Of a stretch of DNA of 64,000 nucleotides, positions 13,201 through 25,348 are shown piece after piece. The DNA comes from Cenococcum geophilum (lineage: Eukaryota). Within the stretch, counting starts at the first letter, position 1; each line of letters begins with the position of its first letter. Position numbers and translations under genes: made by a program. The notes under the pieces are model-generated. The model saw only the letters and a program-made list of their open reading frames with translations, made no database searches and had not been told where the DNA came from. Where the stretch lies: positions 27,466,001 through 27,530,000 of the forward strand of contig CP158635.1 in assembly GCA_050273025.1 (NCBI GenBank), given 5' to 3'.

Positions 13201-16200
13201 TATAAAGTCCTACGTCCCTAAGGCGCTATAGGACCTTTTAAACGTGCTTAGTATGCTTAGAAGGGTTATTGCTATAAATAAGTATATTATCTAGGTACGC
13301 AGAGCAGAAGTCGTTAAGGTAGTCCTATAAGGCGTTATTAATATAGCTTTAGAAGCTGCCTGGGCCGTTATATACGCCAAAGGGCATAATAGTATATTTA
13401 AATTGGCCAAAGCGTAATGCGAATGCGGTTTTCTATTTATTACCTTCTCGTATTTAGAGGTGGTTAAAGGCGGCGATAATATTAAGCTTAGTATAGATTT
13501 TAGCTTAACTAAGCCGCTTAAGAGTTTTATATATAAGCGGTATGGGGTATTAGTTCTTAATTGTAATAGCGTTAAATCCTCTATAGTTAACGTAGAATTA
13601 AATACCTCCTCTTAGCTTCTTAGTAAGGAGGATAGGGGTAATTATTAAGGATATGCTAGGGCAAATAAACCCTTTATTAAGGTGTTCGTTAATATACTTT
13701 TTAATAACTAGAAGTTTATCTTTTAATATTAGGTAAGGTCTCTTATAGGGTAGCGTTTTTCCTTATTTAATATTAATAGCATAGTTATTAGGTTAATGTG
13801 GGGGGAGTATATCTACGCTCTTTTATAAGCACATATTAATAAAGTTATAGTACCTCTTAGGGAGAAGCTTACGGAGTTCCTTATTAGTAAGTCCTTTTTT
13901 AAGCTTTATAAACTTTTTAAAGTCTAAAGGTAAAAGTCCGTAGAGTTCTACGGGGGCATCATTTTTTAGGAGGTTAACTATATCTATCCTATTACTATAA
14001 AGGACATAGTTCTGTTCTTTATTAAGCTTATATAGTTATAATTAAAAGGCTATAGTAACGGTCTAGCCTTTCCTATATACTATGCGGTAAAAGGCCGCGG
14101 CACTTACGTAGTAGCAGTTAGTCATAGGTAGGGTAATAAGGGGTTCCTTAGGTTAGTATCCTAGGGAGTAGATAGAGGCGGCTAGGCCATGTCCTAGGCA
14201 GGTCTCTCTATAGTATTTAAAGTTAAAGGTTACTTCTCTCTTTTTCTAGTTAATGGCGGGGTTGTATTATTTAAGCTAGTTTATTTTAAGGATAATAGGG
14301 TAGTTAGTAAGTAGTATAATATAGGCCTAGAGTTCTTCCTAGTGCCCATTTATATCTAGGTAAAGTTATACTATATAGGTAATCTTCTATGCGGTATAAC
14401 TACCGTTAGCGAGTTATAGGGCGCGGGCTTTAATAAGGGGTAAGGTAAGTAGGTTATAAGTATATACAAATTAGGTATCTATAAATTTATTAATAGCTCC
14501 GCAATTAATTATAGAACGGCTTTTATATTATTTTTTAGCAGTAGTTCTTATTACGGGTAAAACTATCTATTTTCGTCTATTTATTTTTACTAAATTATCT
14601 ATTAAGTAGGCCGATATATAGATCCCCTTATTATTAGGGCGTTCTAACCTACGACTTAGGGCTAGGACTTAGCGTTTTCTATTTCCATATCTAACTCTAC
14701 CGCTATTACTACGTCTTTATCTTGTATAGTAGTAGTATATAGTAACGTATTTAGTATTTAAGGTACTAGGTTAAGTATTAGGCAGCGGCTGCTAAACCTA
14801 GCTATTAGGCAGTTTAGGCTATAGCTATAATAGCCTTCTTAATAACATTTATAGCAACGCTTTAGCTTTTAAAGTAGCTCGTATTCTCCGTCTAGTAGCT
14901 TCTACGGGAAGGTTAGTATAAAAAGGTTAATATTAGGACTAGTAGTGTTGCTTAAGGTAGTAAGCGTTAGTAGTTTAGTAGATCTAGAGGGCTTCTATAA
15001 GGAGGTCTTCGGGTAAGGGTTTACAGTAGCGATCTAATTTAGTCGTCGTTTAATCTTCTATATGGCTGCTACTATATTATAAATATTATTATAGTTATAG
15101 CTAGCGGCTGCGTAACTAAGGCGATAAGTGACTTTTTTAAGGAGATCTTTTTAGTCTTTAGTATCGTCTCGGGTAAGGGCTCTAGTATATTTCTAGAATT
15201 TAACATAGAACTTATTAAATAATTCGGTAGGGCTTATCTTTAGGGTATGTAGTTTAGCTTAGTTAGTAGCTAGTAGGTTATAGTTGTGGTATATTAGGTT
15301 AAGATTATTAAGGACTTTTTAGTAGGACTACCACTTTTAGGGGCTATTGGTCTCCCATTAGGCGAAGAGTCTATTAAATAGTATACCCTTTATTCGCCCA
15401 ATAATATAGCCAATCTTAGTATCTTCCGTAGGAAAAAGGCAGGCGCTCTAAGTTAGTTTCTTGCGGATTTATATCTTCTAGTGGCTGTATTCTTTACGGT
15501 CTTTTTAGAAAACTAGGGGATTAGGGTAATATACATTAAACCCTATAGTAGTAGCTTAGGTTTAGTCGTTATAGCTTTTATTATCGCTTTAGTAGGGGTT
15601 CCTGTTAGGTAAGGCTACTCGGCGCTAACCCTCTGTTAAGCATTAAGTAGGTAAAGTTGCTAGGGGTATAGAGACTTAAGTGGCGTTATATATAGTAAAG
15701 AGGTATTTAGCGTTATTACAAATATGCTCATTCAGCTAAGATTATAGGTATTTAATTATGCCTTCTTTTTTAGTAACCGTAGTAATAAGTACAATCTTAG
15801 CCTTCTTTAACTATTGGACGTCGCGTTTAGACACGCGGAGGTTATCTTTGGTTTCTTAACGCGTATTATTAGCAAGCGCCTCGCGAGCTTATAGGTCTTA
15901 GATAATATCACAATCTTAGGTAGTACGCATCTTGGCTTATATAAGCTTTAGGTGGTAGTTCTATAGAAGGCGGTAGTATTTATTAGGTTCTTATACTACT
16001 ATTTTTACAAACATCTCAGCGTCTTATATTTTAATTTTAATGGGTAGTAGCCCTTTTGCTTACTTATCCGTAGTTATATAGTTAATAAAAAATAAGATAT
16101 TATTAGTGTCCATCTCCTTAGGGGTTAAGGCTAGGGCTAATAAATTAAATTCTCCTGGGATTGATTGGCGTCGTAGGTTAAGTGTAGGTATTGGATTATT

Positions 16201-16564
16201 CTTTAGGTTTGATATAGTGGCTAGTAAGGAATATCATCTTACTATTATGGGTTCCTTAGAAGTATAAAGTAAGGTAACTCATAGGCACGCTGCTTCTGGC
16301 AGCGTCTGTAGTATTACAGAGACGTAGAATTGGTCGTAGGCTAGGTGTCGGTGGTAAAAAGGCGCAACGTAATGTCATGGGACGGGGCAGTGGCTACAAG
16401 ACGTATGTATTCGAGGAGTCTACAAGACGTTGCGCGATCGATCGTAAGGGTCGAGGGCGTAAGGAGGTGATATACCTACGCGTAGCTGACATAAGCTGTA
16501 CGCAAGGTGTACGCGAGAGCACGGGGCTCTCCTATGGAGGCCCCTGCGGTGGGGTTCCGTGACA
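10221..16564 (-). mobile_element. Complete Ty3/Gypsy LTR retrotransposon 'B', RIP-inactivated
   Basis: 192-bp LTRs at 10221-10412 and 16373-16564 (TGTCA..GTGACA); minus-strand PPT AGGAGGGGGGG at ~10416-10426. Minus-strand motifs: Zn knuckle ~14810-14860, protease IDCGA ~14500, RT CSAYLDDILIY ~13275-13305, RNase H ~12500-12850, integrase ~11400-12100, chromodomain ~10750-10930. Confidence 0.93.
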
Positions 16565-16894
16565 AGAAGTGGCTAAATAAGGAGAAGCAACTGGAGGACC
16601 TAAGGGAGAAGATTAGAGCGAGACGGAAGGATTTAGATGAGACTATAGTTCAATTAACTCATTAACGGACACGAGAAGGTGGTTAGCTTTGACCTCAAAG
16701 AGCTCGAAGCTAAGGGGGTGTATCAGATAATCTGTATTCTATGTGGCGTAGGACGTGCACGAGTCACGTGCACGGGGCACGTGCATTGTAAATATCTTCA
16801 TCTAAGCCCAGGGGCCCTAGGTCAAGACACGATCAAGATCATCAATCAATCAACCCATTTCATTAATGAATAGCTCTATCTGAACTATCTGACA
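16565..16894 (+). mobile_element. Copia 3' end: pol tail, PPT and 3' LTR (16721-16894)
   Basis: Frame KWLNKEKQLEDLREKIRAR continues the RNase H tail; AAGCTAAGGGGGTG PPT, then T(A)TCAGATA...TATCTGACA inverted termini. Confidence 0.88.
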
Positions 16895-16977
16895 AGACCT
16901 TCTTACGAAGGGCTTGCCAAAAGCGGCTAGCGGCTTGGAAACTTAAGCCTTGGCAAGAAGGTCTGGGAACGAGACAA

Positions 16978-17246
16978 CACCTTAATATCTTAACACTGGC
17001 TTAATAATAAATTATGAAATTTTATAATTAGCCTTTTATACCTATTTTAAACCTCTTATTAGATTTAAAAAGTAATCTAATAGCTCTAAAGATATAGCAA
17101 TTTAGCTTAAGATTAGGGGCAAAAACCCAATATTTTAATAACGGCCAGGCTTATTACACTAGAATTAAAAGTCTTAATATAGGTATAAAAAGCTAATTAT
17201 AAAATTTCATAATTTATTATTAAGCCCTTGTTGAGATATTAAGGTG
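16978..17246. repeat. Foldback/MITE-like element with ~75-bp terminal inverted repeats
   Basis: CACCTTAATATCTTAACACTGGCTTAATAATAAATTATGAAATTTTATAATTAGC.. at 16978 matches the reverse complement of the segment ending ..TTGAGATATTAAGGTG at 17246; AT-rich core. Confidence 0.8.
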
Positions 17247-17321
17247 CAGTTTTTCCGATTTTTGGTGGTTTTTGGGGTGCGCAGCTCGGTAGTGTGCGCA
17301 GCTCGGTGGTGGAACACGTTA
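17247..17321 (-). mobile_element. Isolated terminus (TIR) of a Fot1/pogo-type DNA transposon
   Basis: Minus strand TA|ACGTGTTCCACCACCGAGCTGCGCACACTACCGAGCTGCGCAC: ACGT terminus next to TA and a duplicated ~16-bp subterminal motif, typical of fungal Fot1/pogo TIRs. Confidence 0.6.
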
Positions 17322-17613
17322 ATTGAGCGTTGCGCTCGACGAAGTCGTTCTACGAAGAACGGTAGTCCCGTAGGATAGAAAGAGGAGCAGACCTGCTTGA
17401 AAAGGCCGCGAGCCATCAATTTACCTTTTATCCGGCACATCTTTCCATTGAATATGCTGAACTGAAATGCCACTCACAAATTTAAGGGTCGCACATAAGG
17501 TGATACGCCTTAGAACACTACATACTTCTATCCAGGAAACATACAGTAATTAGCGCTACTTCCTTCGCAGTGATTAGGCAAATTCACTTCTACAAACGAT
17601 CCAGTGGTGTTCG

Positions 17614-18490
17614 TCAGAAATCGCAAGATTCGGCAAGTAATCGAGCGAGATTTTCCAATTCAGCTTGGTCTTCAGAATCAAAACCCGAGGGCTCTGCGCA
17701 GTCGATGTCAATGATGGCGGCTACCTATCGACGGCAGTGTCAATATCCAATCTCCAAACCGAGCGTTTTGCGCCTATTCCGTAGCATTAGTTCCATGGAA
17801 CCTCCAAGATACACTAACCTTATCTCCTTGTATTATTGGCACGACAATCTCACTTTTGCTATTACTGTCGCATGCAATATGACCTGGAAACGCCTCCACG
17901 TCGGGGACCAGTTGTGTGACTTGAGTCGCTGCAGCAGTCCCACAAACGCCTTTTCCGAATGCGATTGTTTGACACGCGACGTGTCCTTGAAAGGGACCTA
18001 GTATCAATTGACCCGGATTCTTCGGGTCTAGGACGTAGAAACCGCACCAGTTGGTTGCATTTGAGGGTAACGGAAGTGAACGGAGGGCATGGTAGAGGAG
18101 CGAAGCGGTGTTTGAAAGATTACTAGCTTTCAGCCATCAGCGAAGTACAGCGAGTCGCGTTGGGGGCACGCGTAGAAGAGGTTTTACCAGACCTGCAATA
18201 ATCCGTCAGCCTATATTCTATGTAAGTCTGTGCGGCGCGTTGTGGAAGTGAGTAGTAACCGTTGTGCAGTGAAGGATAATGTTGCGAGGCACTGAGAATG
18301 ATATGCGTTCAGAGTATGAGGTGCCCACCCAATTCCTCTGCTCCTCCAACAGAGCCCGGGCTTGCTCAAGTACCTGGGCGTAGACTTCCTGCTTCGTAAG
18401 ACCTTCCGCGAAGGTGGACGCTTCGGCGTGGGCCTATTCAACTCAATCCACTGCTCTTGTGAGTAAAGCGAAAAACATAATTCTCACCAT
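17614..18490 (-). CDS. GAF-domain protein, free methionine-R-sulfoxide reductase family (multi-exon)
   Basis: Spliced MAHAEASTF..EQRNW, NWCGFY, LILGPFQGHVACQTIAFGKGVCGTAA, FPGHIACDSNSKSEIVVP, IIDIDC..GFDSED..LAESCDF*. Confidence 0.9.
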
Positions 18491-19337
18491 GGCTAAAGGG
18501 GATGGTTCGACGAATAAGAAATGTTGGCGGCTACAGCACTGGCAGTGGCATGGAGTTAGGCCTTTCATCATGGAATTCAACATCGCACGAGCCACTTCGC
18601 TCAAAAGGCCTACATTTATTGGCTGGAAAATCTTGATCTGCGACATGGTGCCGATATGCAGAACGCCGACCCATCTGGAAAGCATATCCCTTGGAACGCT
18701 GATTTGCGTCCATCTGTTATCGATAAGAACTAGCCAATAATATCAATAGGATCAAGGCTCCGTGATCAGAAGAATGTGAAGAAGCAGGCAGGGGCCATGG
18801 CTGTGGAGGAGGTTCTTTTACCTTGCGATTTGGATCAACTCGATATTGGGTCGGTTCAACAAGATCCATATCATCAGAAGTACGTTTAGAAGGCATGGTT
18901 GATAAAAATCTATTGCTTGAATCTACATACAATATACGTGTATTTTTGAGCTCGGTGTTCCGCACGGACCACTTCTAGATGGACGCCGGCGCTTTTCCAG
19001 ACGGAACCCTGCTTCGTCAACCTCGAAAGTTTTCATCTTTCACGGATACCTAGTTTCATTTTATTCCATCATGTCAGGCCAGTGCTGCGCCGCAGGAGAG
19101 ATCCACTCGGGAACGCCCACTGGAAGAGCTGCGAAAGTCCAGGGACTTGATTGCTATGGACGCAAAATATCGGTGCAAGGGATATATCAGCACACGTGAT
19201 GTCGCGTGTGCCAAGACTTTTGATGCGGAAACAGCCAACCAATTCCACGACTGATTTCTCCAACATCACCATCGAAAACTATATGAAGTATTAGAATTTT
19301 GACTTCTGGAATAGCTTGATCCTGCTTGTGTTATCTC

Positions 19338-20543
19338 ATGGCGACAAACCATCACACTATTATTGCGCTTAAATCCTCTTTTCTCCGTACTCAGACGCGC
19401 ATCCTCTCTCAACAATTACAACCATCGGAGCGATGGCTGGGTAGAGACGAAGAAGCTGGAAATATTCCAGGAAGTGTTATCCGGGATGTTACGCGTGAAG
19501 GTACGCGGATTTACTGTTTTTGATTCATTGACATCGTAAACGAAATCGCGTCTAGTTTGCCCAAGTCCAAAACGCTAGGGAATGATGTCTCATAGACCAC
19601 GAGGTCATGTACATCCTGGTTTTCCCTAAGCTGAAGCTATTGAAATTCTCATTCTTCATATTTTGCAGCCATTATATTTCAAAAATCGAAAGGCATACCC
19701 AATCTGCCACACAACATTGCTCCTGTTCAGCTATGCCGCCCTTCCACTTCTTATTCAAGCCTTATTCATTCGCATCTACCTTATAGGATCTCGCCCTATG
19801 TCGTTTTCTATCACTAATTCTTCTCGTACTATCAGTGAATCGTCGTCTTCGGCGACATACAAAAGTTGCTTACGGCTCACTATCCATTCGACACGTTGCT
19901 GAGCAGATTGATGAACTCTATTGGAACTCTGCTGCACCAGAGCTCGAAGTACAGGACTCTGAGGCTGAACATAATGGGGAAGAAACTACAAGCAATGTCC
20001 CTAGAGTCTGCGATAATTTAAGACTAGATGAGTACGTCTCATCTTGTTGTGAACCCATCGAATAGACCGCTTAAAATTCTCCTCCATTAACAGGGAAAGG
20101 GCTGACCAAAGTATAGAAACATAGCCAAACTGCCTCCCGCCTGGGAAAATTCTTCTCCTCCGCCTACCACTGAAGACGATCAGGCTTTCAATCAAGAAGC
20201 ATACACTGCAACCCTCACCCGCCTTCATTCCCTCTCAGCTCAACGCTTGAATCTGGCGCAGAAAATCTACACCTACAAGACGCTTTTGACTTTGCTGGAA
20301 CCTTACCGCAATCCTCAAACTACGATTCAACCAAATCTTGTCACTCACGATGGGGCCTTGAATACGGAATTGACTAAAACGCAAACTCTGGCTATTAGAG
20401 TTGCGGGAAGAATTGGTGAGAAATTTGGAGAGGGGCAAGCGCGGTCGGGAAGACAGGAAGGAGGCGAGGACGACCAAGATGAGGTAATGGAGGAGATGGA
20501 AGACGAGGGTGTAAAGCTGGAAAACGTGATCGCAAGTTGGTAA
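19338..20543 (+). CDS. Kinetochore protein, Fta4 family (3 exons)
   Basis: TIIALKSSFLRTQTRILSQQL..W, VNRRLRRH..VAY..SIRHVAEQIDELYW, LLEPY.NPQTTIQPNLVTHDG.L..EL match the Fta4 pattern as recalled; GT-AG introns 19501-19835 and ~20031-20115. Confidence 0.8.
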
Positions 20544-21168
20544 GAAAAAAAGTTGGCTTACAAAGTTTTCTTTTGTAGTGGCGTAGGGAATAATCGGGGG
20601 TAGGGATAGGCGTTTGGACAAGCCACCGGTGCTTGCTTTGACAGGCCGGGTTTTACATGGAATCGGGAAGGAGTCTTTTTTGGAGTACGGGGTTTCGATA
20701 CAAACTTATTGCACTTTCCTACTAAGAGTCGAGCTTCTCCTTCTACATTCTTAAACTCTCCTAACCACGAATTTTAAGAATACCCTCTTTCATCTTTTCA
20801 GTTCTCAAATGACAAGCAGTCACCTCTACCCTACACTTAACCACCTTCCATGGCAGGATTTCTCGACTCCCAAACATCTTTGTCACCAGACAACCCTCGT
20901 ATCTTCCTTCCCCGCTTAGCTCGCCGGCACTTACGGGAAACCTTTTTGTTCTTTCAAGCTACAACGAGGTCATAGCTTACGTTTCCCTTAGAATGTCTGA
21001 GCATAACTTCTTCCTTCCTCTCTTTAAAACACATCTTCACCACAATATCGGTCTCGTTCATCAACAAGATTTATACAACTTACCATTCTAGTTGCTTACG
21101 TATTACATACCATTCCCGGAACAGCCCTTTATTACTTAATTGAATCATCCCTTAAAACTCCCATTCAT

Positions 21169-23720
21169 CATGAAGCGTTGTAATAGCGGCTCTCCGCCCG
21201 GTTCCCGAAAATTTTCTCACAGAAACTCTCCTACTAAGACAGCCAGTCCAAAACAACTTTCTACACAGGCTCCGCAGCCTGTCCCGGCGCCGAGAAGCGA
21301 TCGAGAACAGTACCGGAGACGGTTGCGAAGTGCCCAAGCATTTGATGCCGAAATGGCGCGGGGGTTAAACAATGATAACAATGAGATTCGTACTCGAGTA
21401 CCTTTAGTCTTCCTCTGCTTCTTCACACCACTCGTGCAGAAATTTCCCCAAATGGCCCCCATAACTTATCATGGAGACTCAGGTTTAGACCCAATGGTCT
21501 GGAAACTTCCAAGACCATCCACCAACCAACGGTGTTACCTAAACTAATATTTTTATGCACTTAGCTAATTACGCTTACAGACCTTTACTACCGATCCACC
21601 GTCCCCAACTGTCATTCCTCGCGATGGTCGTAATCTGCTATCCACTCCAGCTAAAATCATCGTCGACAGCAGCCCAAAGCCTAAAGTCATGTCCGACCGG
21701 TCTTCGCATCTTAGTGGCCTTGCTGCTGCGCATTGGAGCAGGGTCAGCTACCGAAACCTCAGTTTTGACGCAACACGCCACCGAGCGCCACTTCCGACAG
21801 CTATGACACTATATTTCGACGTCACGTCTTCGCCGGCCCGCTCCTGCAGCTCGCCCACTCGCCGGCACAAAAAGACAACCATTCCGGAAAAAGCGAAGGC
21901 CGAAATAGTGCTTTCGACCAAGTCTAAGCTGCCTTTGACGTATACCGCTATCTCCCCTCACGCTATAATCGCCCAAGAGTCAGAATCAACTAATATTGAT
22001 TCAAAGCTTCGAAAAAGGACTCTGATATTTAAAGCCAAGATGGTGAGTCATCCAATATAAATTTTGCCTGTGTAATTTGGCATTTAAATGGCGCCCTCGT
22101 TGCTTGAAGCTTACATATTGTAGATTCGGAGGCAACAAACCCCCTAGCACTCGGAACCGATCTTCGTTTGACATACCGAGGAAGTCAACGCCACTGTCAC
22201 CAGATATTGACTCCAGCAGTGACAAAGCTCAGAAAGATGTCACACCTCCTATTTTCGAGTGCTTTTCCCAGTGAAAACCATTAGACCAGCTTCCAGGAAC
22301 CCCGCCATACCAAATCTAATCCGTGTCGGAATCCTTCGGCCTTCTGAAAGTGTGGGACTTAGAGGAGATGGTAGTGTATTACGTACTCTCAACAACTCGG
22401 TAGAGCGCATGTTGATTGCTGCCATGGGATCTCCGCAAGGGCCTAAATCGCAATCTGCTGAAACTCATGATCCGAATGAAGAAGGTCAAGGAGGTGATGC
22501 CGCCGATATGGATGCTGAAAGCCTGCAGGATGGCGGTCTAGCAGTCTTGGTCCCCGGCCCAGAAGACATACATCCAATATCGGGTGTACCCCAATGCGTA
22601 ATTCTGAGCTTCCGGGCTCCAATGAGCAGCTCTACGCTTCGGAAGAGACGGTGCAACCTGGCAATAAAAAGTCTGCCTGGTCTTATGGTACCCTACGAAG
22701 GGCAGTCGAAAAGTAGGCTCACCTTTCCGCAAGAGTAGAACTGTTACGGAAATCCAAACACCTCCTACAATGCCGCGTATTACTCGAACTCGAGCAACCC
22801 CTTCGATTAATTCAAGCTCGCCGTCTCCGGAACGGCCTGTCTCTCCGAATAGACTGGCAACCTCGCTATTCGCAGCGCCTAGAGAGTCAGCAGGATTTAG
22901 ACTTTTAGAAAGAGACTTCGTCCGACTCTGAGGCAGACAGGAGATCACAGCCACGGTCAAATTCGAATAGCAGTGGATATACTAGCTCTTCTGTAACCGC
23001 CGTTGAAGACGAAGACCATAATAACTCACCAAGTCAGCCTAGTTCTGCCAAGGACGGTGCTTAGTTGACCCGTGCTTAGTCCACTCAAAGAAATTCAGAA
23101 GATTCCGCCTCTGAGAGACAGCTCTTCATCTCCGGCTGACCACTTGCCGAGACGGTCGTCTGCGCCTAGGCGGAAGGGGAAAGCTAAAGTACTGGAGCTA
23201 CTTCCTGACATTCCTGAAGACGAAGCCGTAACTGGCGCTGAAGAGGGCTAGGAAGATACTCAAAGCCCGCTGCAACCTAATATAGGATCCGGTGAACCAG
23301 CGGCAGTACCGACTCGCAATCGTCGGCTAGTACGGACAAGCAACCATGATACCGTAAAACTGCCTTACCAGCTAAACTAGTCATGATGCAAAAATTCTGG
23401 CCCGCACCACGAGCCTAAAGGAGAATGTTCCAGAGCATAAGACTGCTAAGGTTGTGAAAGGCAGGGTGGATGTACTGCTGGAAGTCAAAGAGGCTAGTGG
23501 CGGTTCAAATGAGTCGGGAAAAGGTAAAACGAAAGCTAACGAGGATGGAAAATCTGAATTGATATTAGCCGAACTTGGAGGCAAGGAAGTTAAGAGAGCT
23601 ACAGGTATCGCCAGGCGAGTTCGGTTCGTCTCTTCTGATGTCAAGTCCAGTGAGCTCGGGCACAGCCATGACAGTGCCTCCAAAATCTCTTGCACTCAAA
23701 GTACTCAAGTCGCCTCGTAA
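21169..23720 (+). pseudogene. Degenerate Ser/Pro/Arg-rich orphan gene (multiple nonsense codons and frameshifts)
   Basis: Chain of coding-like ORF pieces with intron-like signals, broken by TAG at 23062, 23077, 23249, 23378 and TGA at 23384, with the frame continuing across them. Confidence 0.5.
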
Positions 23721-24278
23721 AAGGCGCAGAGTAGCTACTACTGCTTAGCAGCTTGCCCGCGATCCTCTTCTTCATGAATATATTCGCGACGGCAAGAATC
23801 GAATATGGTACTGTTTAATGTGCGAATGGAACTAGCCGACTACCCACGACTCTCTCAAGGCTATTGATATATTGTCTATATCGTTAATGTCGGCAGAGGC
23901 CGAGCGTGTCTTTTTAGGTGCACGGCGAACAATTTCATAGGACCGCATATCATTAGGTAGTACGAATATTAAACATACGGAGTGCTTGAAGAGCTAGCTA
24001 CAAAGTAATATTACCGCCGGGGGGAGGCTTATGGCGACGAATGTAGTACGAGAGGCTTCTGAGCTCTTGGCAAGTCTGGAGAGCAGCTGACACCTGCTAC
24101 ACCACGCCAAGGATCACGAAGGTGACGATAGTGGTGAGAGAGCAGTCGCGAGAGGGCAGCTATTTTGAAGCTCCACCAGAGCCCAGGGGTGTAGAGCGTA
24201 CTTTCAATTAAAACACTACGCCAAGACTGTACTATATTCAATATTCAATATTAATATCAATACGGCCTTATACTGATA

Positions 24279-25348
24279 TTGAATGTTGATAAAAGCACTG
24301 CTTTAAAGACATCAACGCAAGCTGCTGGTGCAAACCATTTAAGTGCTGGTGAACAGCAGCACTTAGCCTTCCCAACAAAAGAGCAACTTACGCAAATGAA
24401 GCTAGAACACGAGGCAGCCCTTCAAAACAAAGTCCTATACATAGACGGTGAGGAAGAGTTCAAAGCGGCCTACCAGGATTAGTATCAGCAGGGCCAGATA
24501 TTAGAATACATAGAGAAAGAGGTCGAACGGCGAGAATTACTATCCTCCCCTACAACACCTATTCAAATAGATATAAAAGTGAACGCTGTCCGATATGCTG
24601 ACAATTTATTAAATAAATCTAAGGATATCTTAACTGCACTTCAGAGGATACACAGAGAGTGCCAACCGCATCTTCAGGAAACGGAACACTTCGACAAGAG
24701 ATCAAAGAAATGGAGGAGTTGTAGAGCAGGCTACAGCAAGAGCTTCAAAACAAATCTCGTCAAACTGAACAGGAGAGGCAAGCTCAAGAACATCAGTTGG
24801 ACATCCTACAGGCCAAAATCCAATATGCCGAAGACGACAAGCGAATGCTAGAGAGCAAAATTGACAACAGATATGGCTGCTTATTTAGTGAAGACACCGA
24901 TTTGGGACGTTGTATTCAGTCGCTGCCGAAATACAATGAGCGTCTATATCATTGGATAAAAGCAAATGATAAGAACCCCACGCCTACGAAGTCTCCTGAT
25001 CAACATACAGCATGCGTATCTGAATCATAAGGCCAGTCTAGCTCATTCTCATCGACTTCGAATAATATTGTATTGGATGACGCCGAAGTCCTCTTACGGA
25101 ATCTTGATAAGGTAAATCAAGTGTTGGCTGTCCTCGAGAAACACTGTAGACCCGATGATGTCTCATCTATAGTAGACCAGATAAATTTTATAGACGACAA
25201 CTCGGCGCTCGGCTTCTATATCTGGGACAAAATATTCGAAGATTATCGGACGCAGGATAATAGCAAACCAGGATGTCCCCGAGTCTCATGCTCTGCAACG
25301 AAATCCAAAAACTTAGTCCTAGCATCTTGTTTCTGGATAAGAAAGTAG
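24279..25348 (+). pseudogene. Coiled-coil orphan pseudogene
   Basis: Frames continue through TAG 24480, TAG 24722 and TAA 25028 (each one C->T from a Gln codon); EIKEMEEL*SRLQQELQNKSRQTEQERQAQE is heptad-like; one frame change near 24640-24680. Confidence 0.55.

Noticed and set aside
1..16370. Alternative genetic code or organellar origin for the stop-rich AT-rich block
   Set aside because: TpA excess, transition-only LTR differences and recoverable gag/pol motifs are fully explained by RIP of retrotransposons.
16377..16873. ORFs 16377-16562 and 16679-16873
   Set aside because: They lie within LTR sequences (Gypsy B 5' LTR; Copia PPT/LTR) and are chance open frames.
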